Positions 11,479 to 24,000 of a DNA stretch of 64,000 nt are shown piece by piece. Origin of the DNA: Octopus bimaculoides (lineage: Eukaryota). A program made the position numbers and the translations under genes. The stretch spans positions 59,928,402 through 59,992,401 of the forward strand of contig NC_068991.1 of the NCBI RefSeq assembly GCF_001194135.2, read 5' to 3'. Position 1 is the first letter of the stretch; the number at the start of each line of letters is the position of its first letter. The notes under the pieces were generated by a model. The model had not been told where the DNA came from, did no database searches, and worked only from the letters and a program-made list of their open reading frames with translations.

Positions 11479-14386
11479 ATGGGGGCGAGAGACCAAAGCA
11501 CTAGGAAAAGTCAGAGAAAAGTACGGAGATCCATTGAAGTGACGTCTCCCCCCAAAAGGAAGAATGACATTCGGATAGCAAGCAACAGAAAGAAGCAAGA
11601 ACAATCAGACCAAGTAAAGGCAAGCAAGAAAGACAATGAAGAAGATAAACGAAAGAATGGCAATATCAAGTTGCAGAAGTTTCCAGTTAGATCTCGCAGA
11701 CGTAAGGCAGATGCAGGTGCAGAGGAACAGAGTCCCCCCAGTGAGGGGTGTAGATCTGCATTTGCCAAGAGAGCCAGGCTTTCAGTGTCAGTTGAAGGAA
11801 AAGTAAAAGATAGTAAACCAAACAAACTCAATAGAACTGCTAAAGGCTGTGCTAAGGAATCTCCTGCATATAAAAATAAACAGAATAGTAAAGTAGGTAA
11901 AGACGTTAAGGAATCCAAAATAGTGTTGTGTAATAATTTATCTGTATCGTTAGAACAGTCTGTATTTAAAGAAAGTGAAAGCAAAAAATCTACGAGACAT
12001 CTGAGAGGAGTTAAACAAAGCCGAGCAACAAAAATGGTTAGAACATTACCAGTAACAAGAAAGAGTAGTGCTGAGGCGAAAGCTTCGAAAGTAATCAAAA
12101 AGCCTAAGAGAAATGCTACAAAGGTAAAGAAAGACCTGAAAGAAAGCAAAAACTCCAAAGAAAATAAGGAACCTAATCTTAGTCAAGAGACAAGTAGTGC
12201 TGTCAATCACAACGAAGTCATGACTCAGTTACAAAGTACAAGTTTAACAAGTTCAACAGATGTGAAGTCTCCACAAAAAGCAAAGACTGTTTCAATCAGA
12301 AAGACCAAACTTCAGAGAGATTCGACAAAGAAACAATCAAAGGACATCTTTAAAAAACCTAAAGATGTTGATGGCAGTTTCAAACCTGTACTAGAAAGTA
12401 AGATAGCTAACGCCAATAAGGAAATTCTTAATAATGGTAAGGATGATGAAAGTTCTTCTGACAAGGATTTAGATGAAGTAATACATATTCCAGTCAAGCC
12501 TGTTCTAATTAATAACAATAGTGATAGTTCAGAAAAGACTGTTCTATGTAAGTTACCCATAAAAAAAGAAGATATCTCTGCAAATAGCAAAATAAAATCT
12601 CCAACTCAAAACCTTTCTAACAAAAGTACTTTTCAAAATACAAAAGCTGATCTTGCCAAGAATATCTCCACCATGCCGAAACCTAAGGGAAAAAGGACCT
12701 CCAAAACTCTGAAATCTGAAAAGCCTTGTAAAATGGTGAAAAAAACAGACGATAATAAGATTTCTGATGGAGCTAGTGAGATGATGAAAGTGATAGAAAT
12801 CATCAAAGCAGAGGTGATGGAATCAATTGTAAATGATAAGAAACTAGAAAAGAGTCGTAAGGATGATCTTGCAGGGAAAGTCTCCAGTCAATGTAATAAT
12901 TGTAAACGAGACTTTTGTAACAAAAGTTCTTTAACAAGACATATGAAAAAGTGCATGATTGTTGCTCAAGATCCACTTTTAAATAATATAGGTAACAAAG
13001 TAGAAAATGGAAGCACTAAGGAGTTATCTAGCAAAACTATTTCAGAAGAAAGTGCAAATGTTACTAAAAGCCAAAATAATTCAACTAATATCTCAAACTT
13101 ACCTTTGTCTGGCAGTCTAGAACACGTGTTAGAAATAGTTCCAACTACAGAGACGAAAAATGTAAAAACTGCTAAACAACCATTAGAAGCTAGTACGGAA
13201 ATGTTAAAGGTACCATTACATGCTACTAACTCTATCAACAATGATAGTGTGATAACAAAGGCATTTAATGCATCTGTTTCACTTGGTTCCATGACAGAAA
13301 TGTCAGATATTTACAAAGAGACTACAGTTCAAACAGCTGCTGTTACTGTTGCCAATTCCATTGAACCCCTTAGCTCTGATACTCAGCTGAATGCTAACGT
13401 TAATGAAAATCATGCTGCAGTTGAAGAAGTGGACTTCACAAGTAAAATCTGTGATGAACCAGAAAAAAAATGTGCCAAGGAACAGGTAGGACAAGACAGT
13501 GACCTTTACAAAGCAGCAAATATAGATGCTGCCACTGCTGCTGTTGTAGCAGCTGTTGTTGCCAAAATAGGAATGGAAAATGGCACAGCTATATCGGTTG
13601 TAAAGCCAAAGCCCCATTTCTGTGAACATTGTGACTTTAAAACGGGGAAGCATTCTTTGCTAGCACGCCATGTGGAAACCCACGGCATCTTCATGTGTCT
13701 AAAGTGTAGGTTTGTTGGGGAAAACAAAGAAAACTGTGATGCTCACATGCGTGAATCCCATAAGAAGAAACGCAGTGCTAAACTTTGCAGGCAGTGCCGT
13801 AAATATATTGATACAGATGTAGTTTCAATGGAGAAACACAAGGAAGAATGCAGTATACGTATCTTAAACTGCAAAGAATGTAACAAGGTGTTTCGCTATG
13901 AATCATCGTTGAAAGTCCACATGGCAACCCACTACCCAGAACTGCCAAAACGATTCCATTGTATGGAATGTAGCTATCAATCTAATTACAAAGCAAACCT
14001 ACAGAAGCACATGAAGAGTATCCATGAGTTTCGGGAAAAAAATGTGAAATGCTGTATCTGTGAAAAAATGTTTTTCTCTGAAGATAGTATGAAACGCCAC
14101 CTAAAGGTCCATTCTGATGACAGACCTCATAAGTGTGACTTGTGTGGAAAGGCATTCAAGACTTTACCTGCTCTCAAGACTCACAGAGATGTCCATGAAC
14201 CATCTCGGCCATTTCTCTGTGAGGTGCAAGGTTGTACAAAGGATTTTCGGACTGCACGTTTATTAAAAAACCATCGTGAAGAATACCACCAGCTGTCTCC
14301 GAAAAAATATCATTGTTCTAAAGAAGGCTGTCGCTTTTCTTTCTTCAAGCGAAGTCACTTAAGACGACATGAGATAACTCATACAG
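11479..14386 (+). CDS. C2H2 zinc-finger protein, coding exon 1 (basic N-terminus, one isolated C2HC finger, then 9 clustered fingers)
   Basis: ATG in aaacATGg context, with an in-frame TAA at 11449-11451 upstream. Polypyrimidine + CAGCAG acceptor at 11421-11426. Fingers include CKECNKVFRYESSLKVHMATH and CDLCGKAFKTLPALKTHRDVH. Donor ACAG|GTAAGA at 14387 (phase 1) falls in the HT-linker. Confidence 0.93.
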
Positions 14387-16298
14387 GTAAGATGTCCTTC
14401 TGTAATTATTCACTGAATATGTTTGTTTCTATTTTTTCCCTATAATAAACAAGAGGTGGGATCATAATGTATTGTGGTGTTTTTTTGAGTGGAATACTTA
14501 CACAATTGCAGTATGTTTCTTCAGTAATATTTTAGCTGATGTAGGATCATCAGACACCAGCAAGTGATTTTGTGAGAGAAAGTCTAATACAGTGTGTGTG
14601 TGCACACACACACACACACACACACACACTCTCTCCTGATCCTCTCATCTCTCACTGAAAAAACACAAATGCATGTATATACACTCACACATGCACAAGC
14701 ACACACATACATACATTATATAAATACAGCCCCAATTTTAGCATCACATATACAAGAAATCAAGTTTGTAGAGCATTAATACTTTTGTTACCATATTTCT
14801 ATTAAATTTGTCATTATGGTCTTTCGAACATAAATTAACATGGAATTTTCATGGATAGTTTTAATTTATATTACTTTAAACATGAAGTTTATATCATAGA
14901 ACCAGAGGTGGTCTCAGGCAGGTTGGCATCAAAAGGGTTAAAGCATCTAATATAAGCACAACTTCACATAAAACCTGGGGTGATCTTTTTTATTTTTCTG
15001 GGTAAAGTGTATCCAGTATGCCATTAAATACAGTGTATATATATATATTTGTCTGTGGGTAAAGTTCAGACATGGCTAGGTCACAGCTATGATGGTGTGG
15101 TTAAGAAGTTTGCTTCACGATCATGTGGTTTTAGGATCAGTCCCACTGCATGGCACCTTGGGCTAGTATCATCTACTATAGCCACTGGTCGGCCAAAGCC
15201 TTGTGAGAGGATTTGGGGGACAGAAACTGATAGAAGCTTATGTACGTATATGTATGTATATGAGGTGGAGTATGTGTGTGTTTGTGTCTCCTCATCCTCA
15301 CATCGCATAGTAGTTGTAAACAAGTGTCACCATCATACAAGCAGTGTCATTTGTTTCTAATCTTCCATGAAAACATGAAAAATCTTACCTTGCTTGGAAA
15401 GCAACAGGAAAAGTTATCCAGCTGTAGAAAATTTGTCCCAACAAATTCTGACTGATCTTTGCACCCTGGAAAAGTGGACATTGACCTTTTAGCATTTGGA
15501 TTACTTTGTCAAATGTGATTCTTATTTATTCACTTTGTTTTGAATTAATCATGCATTATCTTGGAGCTTTGAAAGTTTGATGACCTATTAGTTTATTTTT
15601 AGAATAACATTGTAGATAGGCATGAGAAGCTAAACCTGGTAGGTTTAAATATAAAATAGGTAGAATATTTGGGCTGAATATTCTACCTGTTTTATGTAAC
15701 TGACCATCTAGCTGTCATCATCATCACTGTTCAATGTCCGTTTTTCATGCTGGCATGGGTTGGACGGTTTGACGGGCTGGCTCGGCAAGAAGACTGCACC
15801 AAGCTTCACTGTTTGTTTTGGCAGAGTTTTTACGGTTGAATGCCCTTCCTAACACCAACCACCTTACAGAGTGGACTGAGTGCTTTTTACGTGACACCAG
15901 CACTGGTGAGGTCTGTTTTACAATGGTGTTTACAGCTGGATGTGGACTGGATGCACCAGCACTGGCGGAATCACGAAGCAACTTCCAAGACATAGATCCT
16001 TTGAGAAGTGGTGAGGCATTGGAAGGGCCCAAATATTTTACCTGTTTTATGTTCAAACCTGCCAGATCCAGCTTCTCACAAGTGATGATGATGATGATGG
16101 TAATACATACTACAGATATCTTTTGTTGTAATGCTAAATGTATCTGCAAATCGCAAAAAGTACCCAATACTTTTGATGGTAGAATCTATTAGTAGTTTTG
16201 TTTCAATTAGTTCTAACTTGTAAGATGTTTTGTCTGAAAATCAGTACAGCTGTACCCACTCTCTTCATGGCATAAAATGTAAACTGCATCACAATTTA

Positions 16299-16364
16299 TA
16301 CTCTGAAGAGTCTGGATACAGTTGTGCTGATCTCCAGAGGAAACCTTTTAGCAAGCTGTAAGTA
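16299..16364 (+). ncRNA. Decayed type I hammerhead ribozyme in the zinc-finger gene intron
   Basis: tact-CTGAAGA(16303-16309)-g-tctgga...tccaga-g-GAAA(16340-16343)-c...GTA(16358-16360)-agta. Stem II has 6 bp and stem I has 4 bp. The conserved G10.1:C11.1 pair is G.G, and stem III is imperfect. Confidence 0.5.
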
Positions 16365-17710
16365 ACTAATAATACCCCACCTCCAACACGCACACAAACA
16401 CAATATGCAAATACACACATACACACAACACACATGTATGACAAAACTCAAGTGCAACCCATGTTAGAATAACTGCCATACACCTATGATAGTGCTTATT
16501 GCTACTACTCAGACACAGACATCCTAGACTGCATCCAGAAGAATACCATTTAGTTGTTTTGATTGAAGGAGGTAAAGATTAGCACTGTTAAACTACGGGG
16601 CTTTGATGCTTGAGTAGCATTGCTGGTATGAAGTGGTAGAATATTAAGCTTGTAAACATTTTTTATTCAGGGGACATAATCAGTACTGGTATTATCGCCA
16701 GGCCCAGCATAATTATCAGACTTAATATCTGTTACTTGTAATAACAATTCCTTGTATATTTTTTTAAGTGGGAGGAGACATGAGATTATTTGAGACTTAT
16801 GATTTTTTTTTTTTTTTTACAAACTATTATTATTAGTATTGTTGTATCATCAAAATATTGGATGTTTGGATTTGCTTGTCAAATTTTTTAAATATTTTTC
16901 TTGAACCCTACAATTCACAAGGCAGGTTACCCAGTTTCCATGATACATAAATGAACCAAAATCACAGCATTCACCTTGAACAGGATGTCAGACTATTGCA
17001 GTGTTTAAGGCCAGCAATTTTGATGGGGAGAGGACAAGACAATGACATCGACCCCTTTCCCATACTACACTGGTACCTTATTTTATCAATCCCAAAGGGA
17101 TGAAGAAGGGCAAAGCTGCCCTCATTGAGATTTGAATTCAGAACATAAAGAACCAATATCAAATACTGTTAAGCATTTTGTCTGGTGTGCTAATAATTCT
17201 ACCTGCTTGCTACCTTATGTCAAATGCCTATCCAGGAAACCCCCCCCCAAAAAAAAAATCCTGCCCATCTCCTCTCCCATGGGCCTCTCTTAATTACAGG
17301 TGAAGGATTTTTTAAGGAGTTGGATAAAAAATTCTTTTTTCCTATCAGAATACAATGAATTCATTGCAAGTGAGAGGTATCAACTATCTTAGATTATTTA
17401 GCATAAGTGAAATGAAATGATGATTGCTTGCTCTCTCTGTATTGGTTTCAAATTTTGGCACAAGGCCAGCAAGTTAGGGTAGGAGTAAATCGATTACACT
17501 GACCCATGTGTTCCACTGGTGCTTATTTTATAGACCCCTGAAAGGATGAAAGGCAAAGTTGGTCTTAGTAGAACTTGAACTCAGAACATAAAAGTCAGAT
17601 GAAATGCTGCTAAGCATTTTTCCCAGCATGCTAACGATTCTGCTGCCTCACCCTGCTGTCTATATATTCATGTGCGACCTACTTGTTATACAGAGCACTG
17701 TGTAGAACAT

Positions 17711-19281
17711 TAGGGTGGAGCGAAAAATGCCACTTTCGAAATTGGTAACCAAGAATCAATATTTTGTTGCAAATTAGGATTAAAAGAAAGGTGTATAAAG
17801 AATTTTGCGGTTAAATATTCTTTATAGGCTCCACAACTCAATTGAAAATTTTAAAAATTGCTTTTTTGGTTGAATTTTGGATTTCATGGATTATAAGTTG
17901 TAACTGATACATTATTCTGAATAGCAGAATGTGAAACAGTAAATATAGTATCCTTAGGAGGTTGCCTACTAAATTTCAATACAATTGACTAATATCTTGA
18001 ATTTCCACATTGACTACAAAGAGAATGAGAGTGTAAACTTCTCTCCAGTGCTGCTATGGATGTACGTCAAATGTGTGTGACATATTCTGCTTTGTACCTT
18101 GACTTTATGCTATTCTATTAAAATTGATGATCATGTTAAATTTAGTGTTGTTTACATTTAGTGATGACCCATAAGCCAGTAATGTGCCAAGATATTAAAT
18201 GCCCAATATTTGGTGCTTCATGTGATCTTTTGCCAACTCACAAGGACATTCTAAAATGTGTTTTATTTGAACGAGAAAAACAAAAGAATGTAGTTAAGAA
18301 AGATCCTTCAATTAAGCAAATTGTCAAAATTGTAGCAGAAAAGATAAATCATTTTTAGCAAAAGGCATCTGTTCCTTGTCTTACGATTGAGTCAGTTAAG
18401 CCAAAAATCTTAAACTTTTATATAAAGTACCAAGCATTACTAAAATCTCTGAAAAATAGAAAAAATGTACTATCGTTTCAAACAAAGTATAATGTGTTTA
18501 AAAACAGTGCAACAAAAGATTTATTTGACATTTCCTGTTGCAAGTGCAACACCTTTAAAAACTGCAGTTGTAGTAGAGACAAAAATGTACCACAGAAAGA
18601 ACAAGATTTTTTACAGGATCAATGGACAAATAGAAAAATGACCATTGGTGGAATAGATCAAGCAGTATATAAACAGAATGTTCAGAGGATGATTAGAAAG
18701 GATCGGCCAGATCAGTCATCCTTCTACATCAGCAAAGGAAAGTTTAAGATTTTCGGTTTAACTGACTCAATCGTAACACAAGAGATGGATGCCTTTTGCC
18801 AAAGAAAAATTATCTTTTCTGCTATGAACTTGACAATTTGTTTAATTTATTTTAATGTCTATGTAATCTAGACCTCATGTAACACATATATTTGGTTACC
18901 TGATATTAAAAATAATAAAGAAAACAAAGTCGAAAAGTCTACTTATTCCACATAATTTCGAAATTTCATGTGTGTTGCGGAGCCTGAAGATATAAATTTT
19001 AGAGCTTGAGATTTAAACATTTATTTTTAAAGGATTTCACAAAAGAAAATCAATTTGTAACAACGAATGTAAAAAATAAAATGAGGAATGGCAACTGTGT
19101 TATAAATTGATTTTTTGCTCATTATTCAAAATTTTAAGTGGGCTGCAGAGCCTGAAGATGTAAATTTAAGAACTTCAGATTTTAACACAGTTGTTTTTAA
19201 AGGATTTCACAATAAAAAATATATTCTTGAAAACATATTTCAAAAATCTGTGTAAAAAGTATCTTTTTTCACCCCACCCTA
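17711..19281 (+). mobile_element. Internally deleted hAT-like DNA transposon (probably hATm-type)
   Basis: TIRs TAGGGTGGAGCGAAAAA / TTTTTTCACCCCACCCTA. Flanks (g)tagaacat and gtatacat are similar but not identical. Subterminal repeats occur near 18970 and 19140. Contains a transposase N-terminal relic. Confidence 0.75.
18182..18730 (+). pseudogene. Transposase N-terminal fragment with one premature stop
   Basis: The ORFs at 18161 and 18494 share one frame, separated by TAG at 18356-18358 where a Trp is expected (INHF*QKASVP versus IW.KASIP). Motifs CPIFG...LPT, LFDISCCKC..CSC...VP..E..FLQDQ...RKM.IGG.D. No catalytic domain is present. The end coordinate is approximate. Confidence 0.7.
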
Positions 19282-21075
19282 GTATACATATCAAGATCTT
19301 CAATCAATGTGTATTCCAACCATGACCATCCTACCGTTTTAGGAGAACACATAAGCACACCATTCAATGTGTTTACCCCTTCTTTTACTAACCAAGGTCA
19401 GGGATATTATAGGGAGATTTGGCTGCTATTTCTAGCAGGTCAAGTGATCTCAAAGGGATATAAAACAAGATGTTTATATCATTATTTATCTATTGTTTCA
19501 GACTGTGACCATGCTGGAGTACCACCTTGAAGGGTTTTAGTCAAACACATTGACCCTAGTATTTATATTTTAAATTTGCTACTTTTTCCATCTGTCTCTT
19601 TTGCTGAACTGCTAAGATAGGGGAACATAAACAAACCAACACTGGTTATCAAGCAGTGTGCAAGTGTACTCTTGGAGTGGTTGGCATTAGGAAGGGCACC
19701 CACCATAGAAACCATGCTATATCAGATTAGAACCTGCTACAGCTTATCAGTTTCAGTCAAACCATCTAACCCATGCCAGCATGGAGAACAGATGCTAAAT
19801 GAGGATGGGCTTTCACACATTTTCATGTCTCCAAAATTCACTCCCAAAGCACTAGTCAACCTGGGGCTATAGTAGAAGACACTTGTTTAAGGTGCCATGC
19901 TGTGGGACTGAACCCCAAACCATGTGGCTGCAAAGCAAGTTTTTTGACCATACAGCCATGCCTGCACCTACTTATGAACACCATCGTCAACATTATCATC
20001 TAACGTTTGTTTTCCATGCTGGCATGGGTTGGACAGTTTGACAAGCTAGCAAGCTGGAGAGCTGCACCAGACTCTAATTGTCTGTTTTGGCATGGTATCT
20101 ATGGCCTTTCTTAATGCCAACCACTTTACAGAGCATACTGGAAAAGTGGTTGGCATTAGGAACATAAAAAATATTTCTCTTACTTTTCCTATGAATATTA
20201 AATTTTACACTTTTTTCAAGAAATCGTCTTCTTTCTTATGTTATTTGCTGCATGAGTGGAGTCTGTCCTGAAGGTAAATAACAGGACAGGTTTAGACTAC
20301 TTAGTAACTGTTCTTATGTCTGCAATAGAATAACAACTTGGTTCTTCTACTACATTTAATAATTGTTATCTGGAAAAAAACCTTCAATATCTGGTCTCTC
20401 ATATGATATCCTCTCTCTCTCTGACTTATTTATCATCATCATTATCATTGTTTAACGCCTATACTGGCATAGGTTGGATAGTTTGATTGAAAACTGGTAA
20501 GCCGGTGGGGCTGCACCAGGTTCCAGTCTGATTTGGCAAGGTTTCTACGGCTGGATGTCCTTCCTAATGTCAACCACTCCGAGAGTATAGTGGGTGCTTT
20601 TTGCACGCCACCGACATGGGTGCCATTGACCTGACACCAGCACTGGCTACGACTATGGTCTCACTTGGATTGACAAGTCAACACAAGCACTGTATATCGC
20701 CAAGAGTTTTTTGATCACCTGTCACTGCCTCCATGACTGCTTTTCACTTCAGTACTAGGTCCTTTCTTTATCAGTCATACTCTCTTTCTCCTTTATTCTA
20801 CGGATTTTATCTCTAGAACTCTCTCTTCTCTTTATATTTCAACACCTATCGTTATTTTTAATTTCTCTTGCTACAGAGCATAATTCTTTTCCAACGATGG
20901 ATAAAACAAATTTGTTACCATATTTGAAGTTCCAAGGGAGCGTTGAAGATAAGTGAGGCGATAATTGGGTAGCGATTCATGTATAAACAACAAAATAATG
21001 GGTTCGTTAGGTCAAGTTTTATTTGTGAAATACAGTTATTTTTTTCATTCACAAGAGTTTCTTTTTCTTCTGCAG

Positions 21076-24000
21076 ATGAACGGAACTTCAAATGTGCATG
21101 GCCAGACTGTGGTAAGGCATTTCGTCACTCAGATAACTTGAAAGTGCACTACCTACAACATACCAATGAAAAGCCAGTCAAGTGTAATCTATGTGATTTT
21201 ACGTGTCGTCAAAAAAGTTCTCTTCATTGGCACAAACGTAAACGGCATGCCAACGAAATTGCACCTGCATTAAAAGTAGAACCCAAGAAAGAAATTGTCA
21301 GCACCAGTTCTGCAGCAAGAGCAGTTGTTGCACAGGTTACGACTACTACTACAAGTTCAAATAGTAGCAGCAGCACCACCACCACTACTACTACCACCAC
21401 CACCACCACCACCAGCAACAATGTTCCTGCAAAATCAACGACAAAGATCTTAAATGATTTACAAACTAAAATCCAAGCTAGTATCGATTTATATGAATTC
21501 CAATCAGATGATGATTCAACAACAGATGTCATGGACATGTTTTACAAGCGAACAGATCGAGGCAGTACAAACGGTAAAGTTGCAGACACTTCTTCCAGTT
21601 TTAAGGCAGGTCCGGAGACTGCTTTAATAGAGGCTTCTACATCACTTTCTGAACCAGCAACAACTAAGATGATTACACAAGAGAAGTCATCGTATGTTGA
21701 GCTAGAAAGTAAAAAACAAACTGATATAAAAAACACTGCTATTCTTGGTGGTATCAGTCCTGTATTATCAACCGTTAGTACTTCTAGCCCCCAAATCACT
21801 GCTAAACCATTGAGTGTTGTGAAGAAAAGGCAATCAAAGAAAGCCAAACCTGTTGATTTAGCTACTATTTCTAGCATAGGGAAACAGGAAAAGAGGCTCC
21901 CAGAAATGTCTGAGCTGTCTCCATCTGTTATGAGTGTAATCCAGGTGCCGGTCATCAAGACAGAACCAGCGATCACTGAAGGGAAATCTGATAAAGAAGA
22001 AGAAAAAGGGGAAGAAGAAAAAGAGGAAGGAAAGGAGGACGATGTAATGGCTCAGGTTAGTTATGAAAGTACGATAGAAAACAAAACTGGTGCTGTTGAA
22101 AGTGAAGAACACTGCTTGGTTAATTGCCAAGAAAAAGACATTCAGGATTGTGTTAGTGAGCAGGCTCAGGCAAATGACAGCCAAACAGTTGTCAGTGTTG
22201 GACAACACAGTACAGCACCTGTTATGTTACCTTCATTGATATCATTACCATCTATCACCTCATTAGATGTCTCCTTGTCTACATCCACACCAATCACATC
22301 CACGTCATCATATCACCATTCATCTGTAACAACACCTTCATCATCACTATCTCCATTGCAACCACCACCACCACCGTCACAACTGCAACCTGAGCCTTCT
22401 CTCCCTGAGCAAGATGCTCAACTTTCAGAATCTTTTGCTGATAATAAAACCGCTTCAGTGAAAGATACAATACAATCTATAAACGACACGGCAGTGACTA
22501 ACGACTGCAGTGCTATTGACTCTATGCTGAGACCATCTCCTTTCACGAGTACGTCAACACCACTGTCTGTATCTGTTCATAACATGGACAATCTGGAAAA
22601 CAGAAATCCTGATTACTCTTCTTCCCCATCTCCTTCATCATCAGCATCCTCATCATCGTCTTCATCATCAGTATTGTCATCATCTGCATCATCATTTTCA
22701 GATTCAGAACCTGAAGACAATGAAGAAATGAAAGAAGCAGAAGGAGAGTCGAAATTAATCGAGCAACATTATCATTTATCTCCGGCTCAGCAACCATTAT
22801 TAGAAACGTTATCGTCATCGTCATCATCAACATCACCATCAGAACAACAAGCCTCAAGTCATCCAAACGAACCTCTATATATGCAGCCAGAACAAAATAA
22901 CTGCCGTTCTAACGAACCTGGCCAATTGGAAATGGATTTGACCACCACTCTACCTCAAGAGTCTGACAGTGAATCAGAGCATTCGTCTTCAGATGGAAAA
23001 GACGATGAAGAGGAGGATGAAGAGGAGGATGAAGATGTGGATGATAATGATGATGAAGAGAGAATAAATGGAAATAATTGTAAAGATGACATCAAACAGA
23101 AAGAGATGCTTGACATTAGAGAATGTAGCATTTTACACTCTTTGCAGCCTTGCAGTGTCTCTTTAGACAATTTAATGATGGATCCAAAAGTACAAGCCAT
23201 CACTCTGACTAAAGATAATCTTTTAAGACCTGTACCTGAACGTAAAAATGGAATTGTGCAATCATATCACGTTCATAATTTTTCTTCTCAGTCAGGATCC
23301 AATGAGGTTACAATGGATTACAGAAATAGTCCTAAACAAGATATGAGGAATGTTTTAGATTCTGACAATTCAGTACTGGACAACAACTGCAACACACCAA
23401 CAGAACTGGATGATCACTTAAATAACAATCAAAACTTAACTCAAACTTCTGATCATCTGGCTGTTCCAAGTTGTTCAGAACCAAACCAGATGCTGTCTGA
23501 ACCATCAGAACATCAATATCTTCAAGAAAGAAAAGTTTATGACAGTTACCAGTTCCAGCCTCCCGAAATTATTATGCCCCACACTCCTTCTGCTTCTATA
23601 GGGTTAATGCATAATTTTAAACCACAAGAAAGAATGAAACAGCTGCAAGAAGATTATCTGAAGAGGAATCAAAGGCGGTATGAAATGATGCAAGAACAAC
23701 ATCAGATGAACTTTGTCCATGATCCTCAACAAAACTACAGAGAAAATAATAACCTTCCGTATAATCACCACCAGTCGGATCATATGTTTGGAGAATCAAA
23801 ACTTATGTGCCAGAATCAGTTGAATGAACATAAAATGGTTAACGAGCAAGAACTTTTACACCAACAACAACAGCAGCAGCAGCAGCAGCAAGATGCAAAA
23901 TTAACTCATGATTTGCATATTAATGAAGAATGTAGTGAGGAGGAACAAATGGAAGATAATATAGTTCATGAGCATCAGAGACAGGGAGAGATGGTGTGTG

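Noticed and set aside
11511-13727. Antisense and alternative-frame ORFs over the zinc-finger exons (also 21224-25883)
   Set aside because: Shadows of a long, low-complexity coding frame with no recognisable motifs.
17300-17370. Possible extra zinc-finger gene exon (ttacag|GTGAAGG..., GEGFFKELDK...)
   Set aside because: No finger motif, and the direct 14386-21076 join already restores the family-like HTDER linker.
20979-21075. ORF-track start of the 2021-aa ORF
   Set aside because: Intronic: it lies upstream of the polypyrimidine/AG acceptor at 21075, and the real frame enters by splicing.
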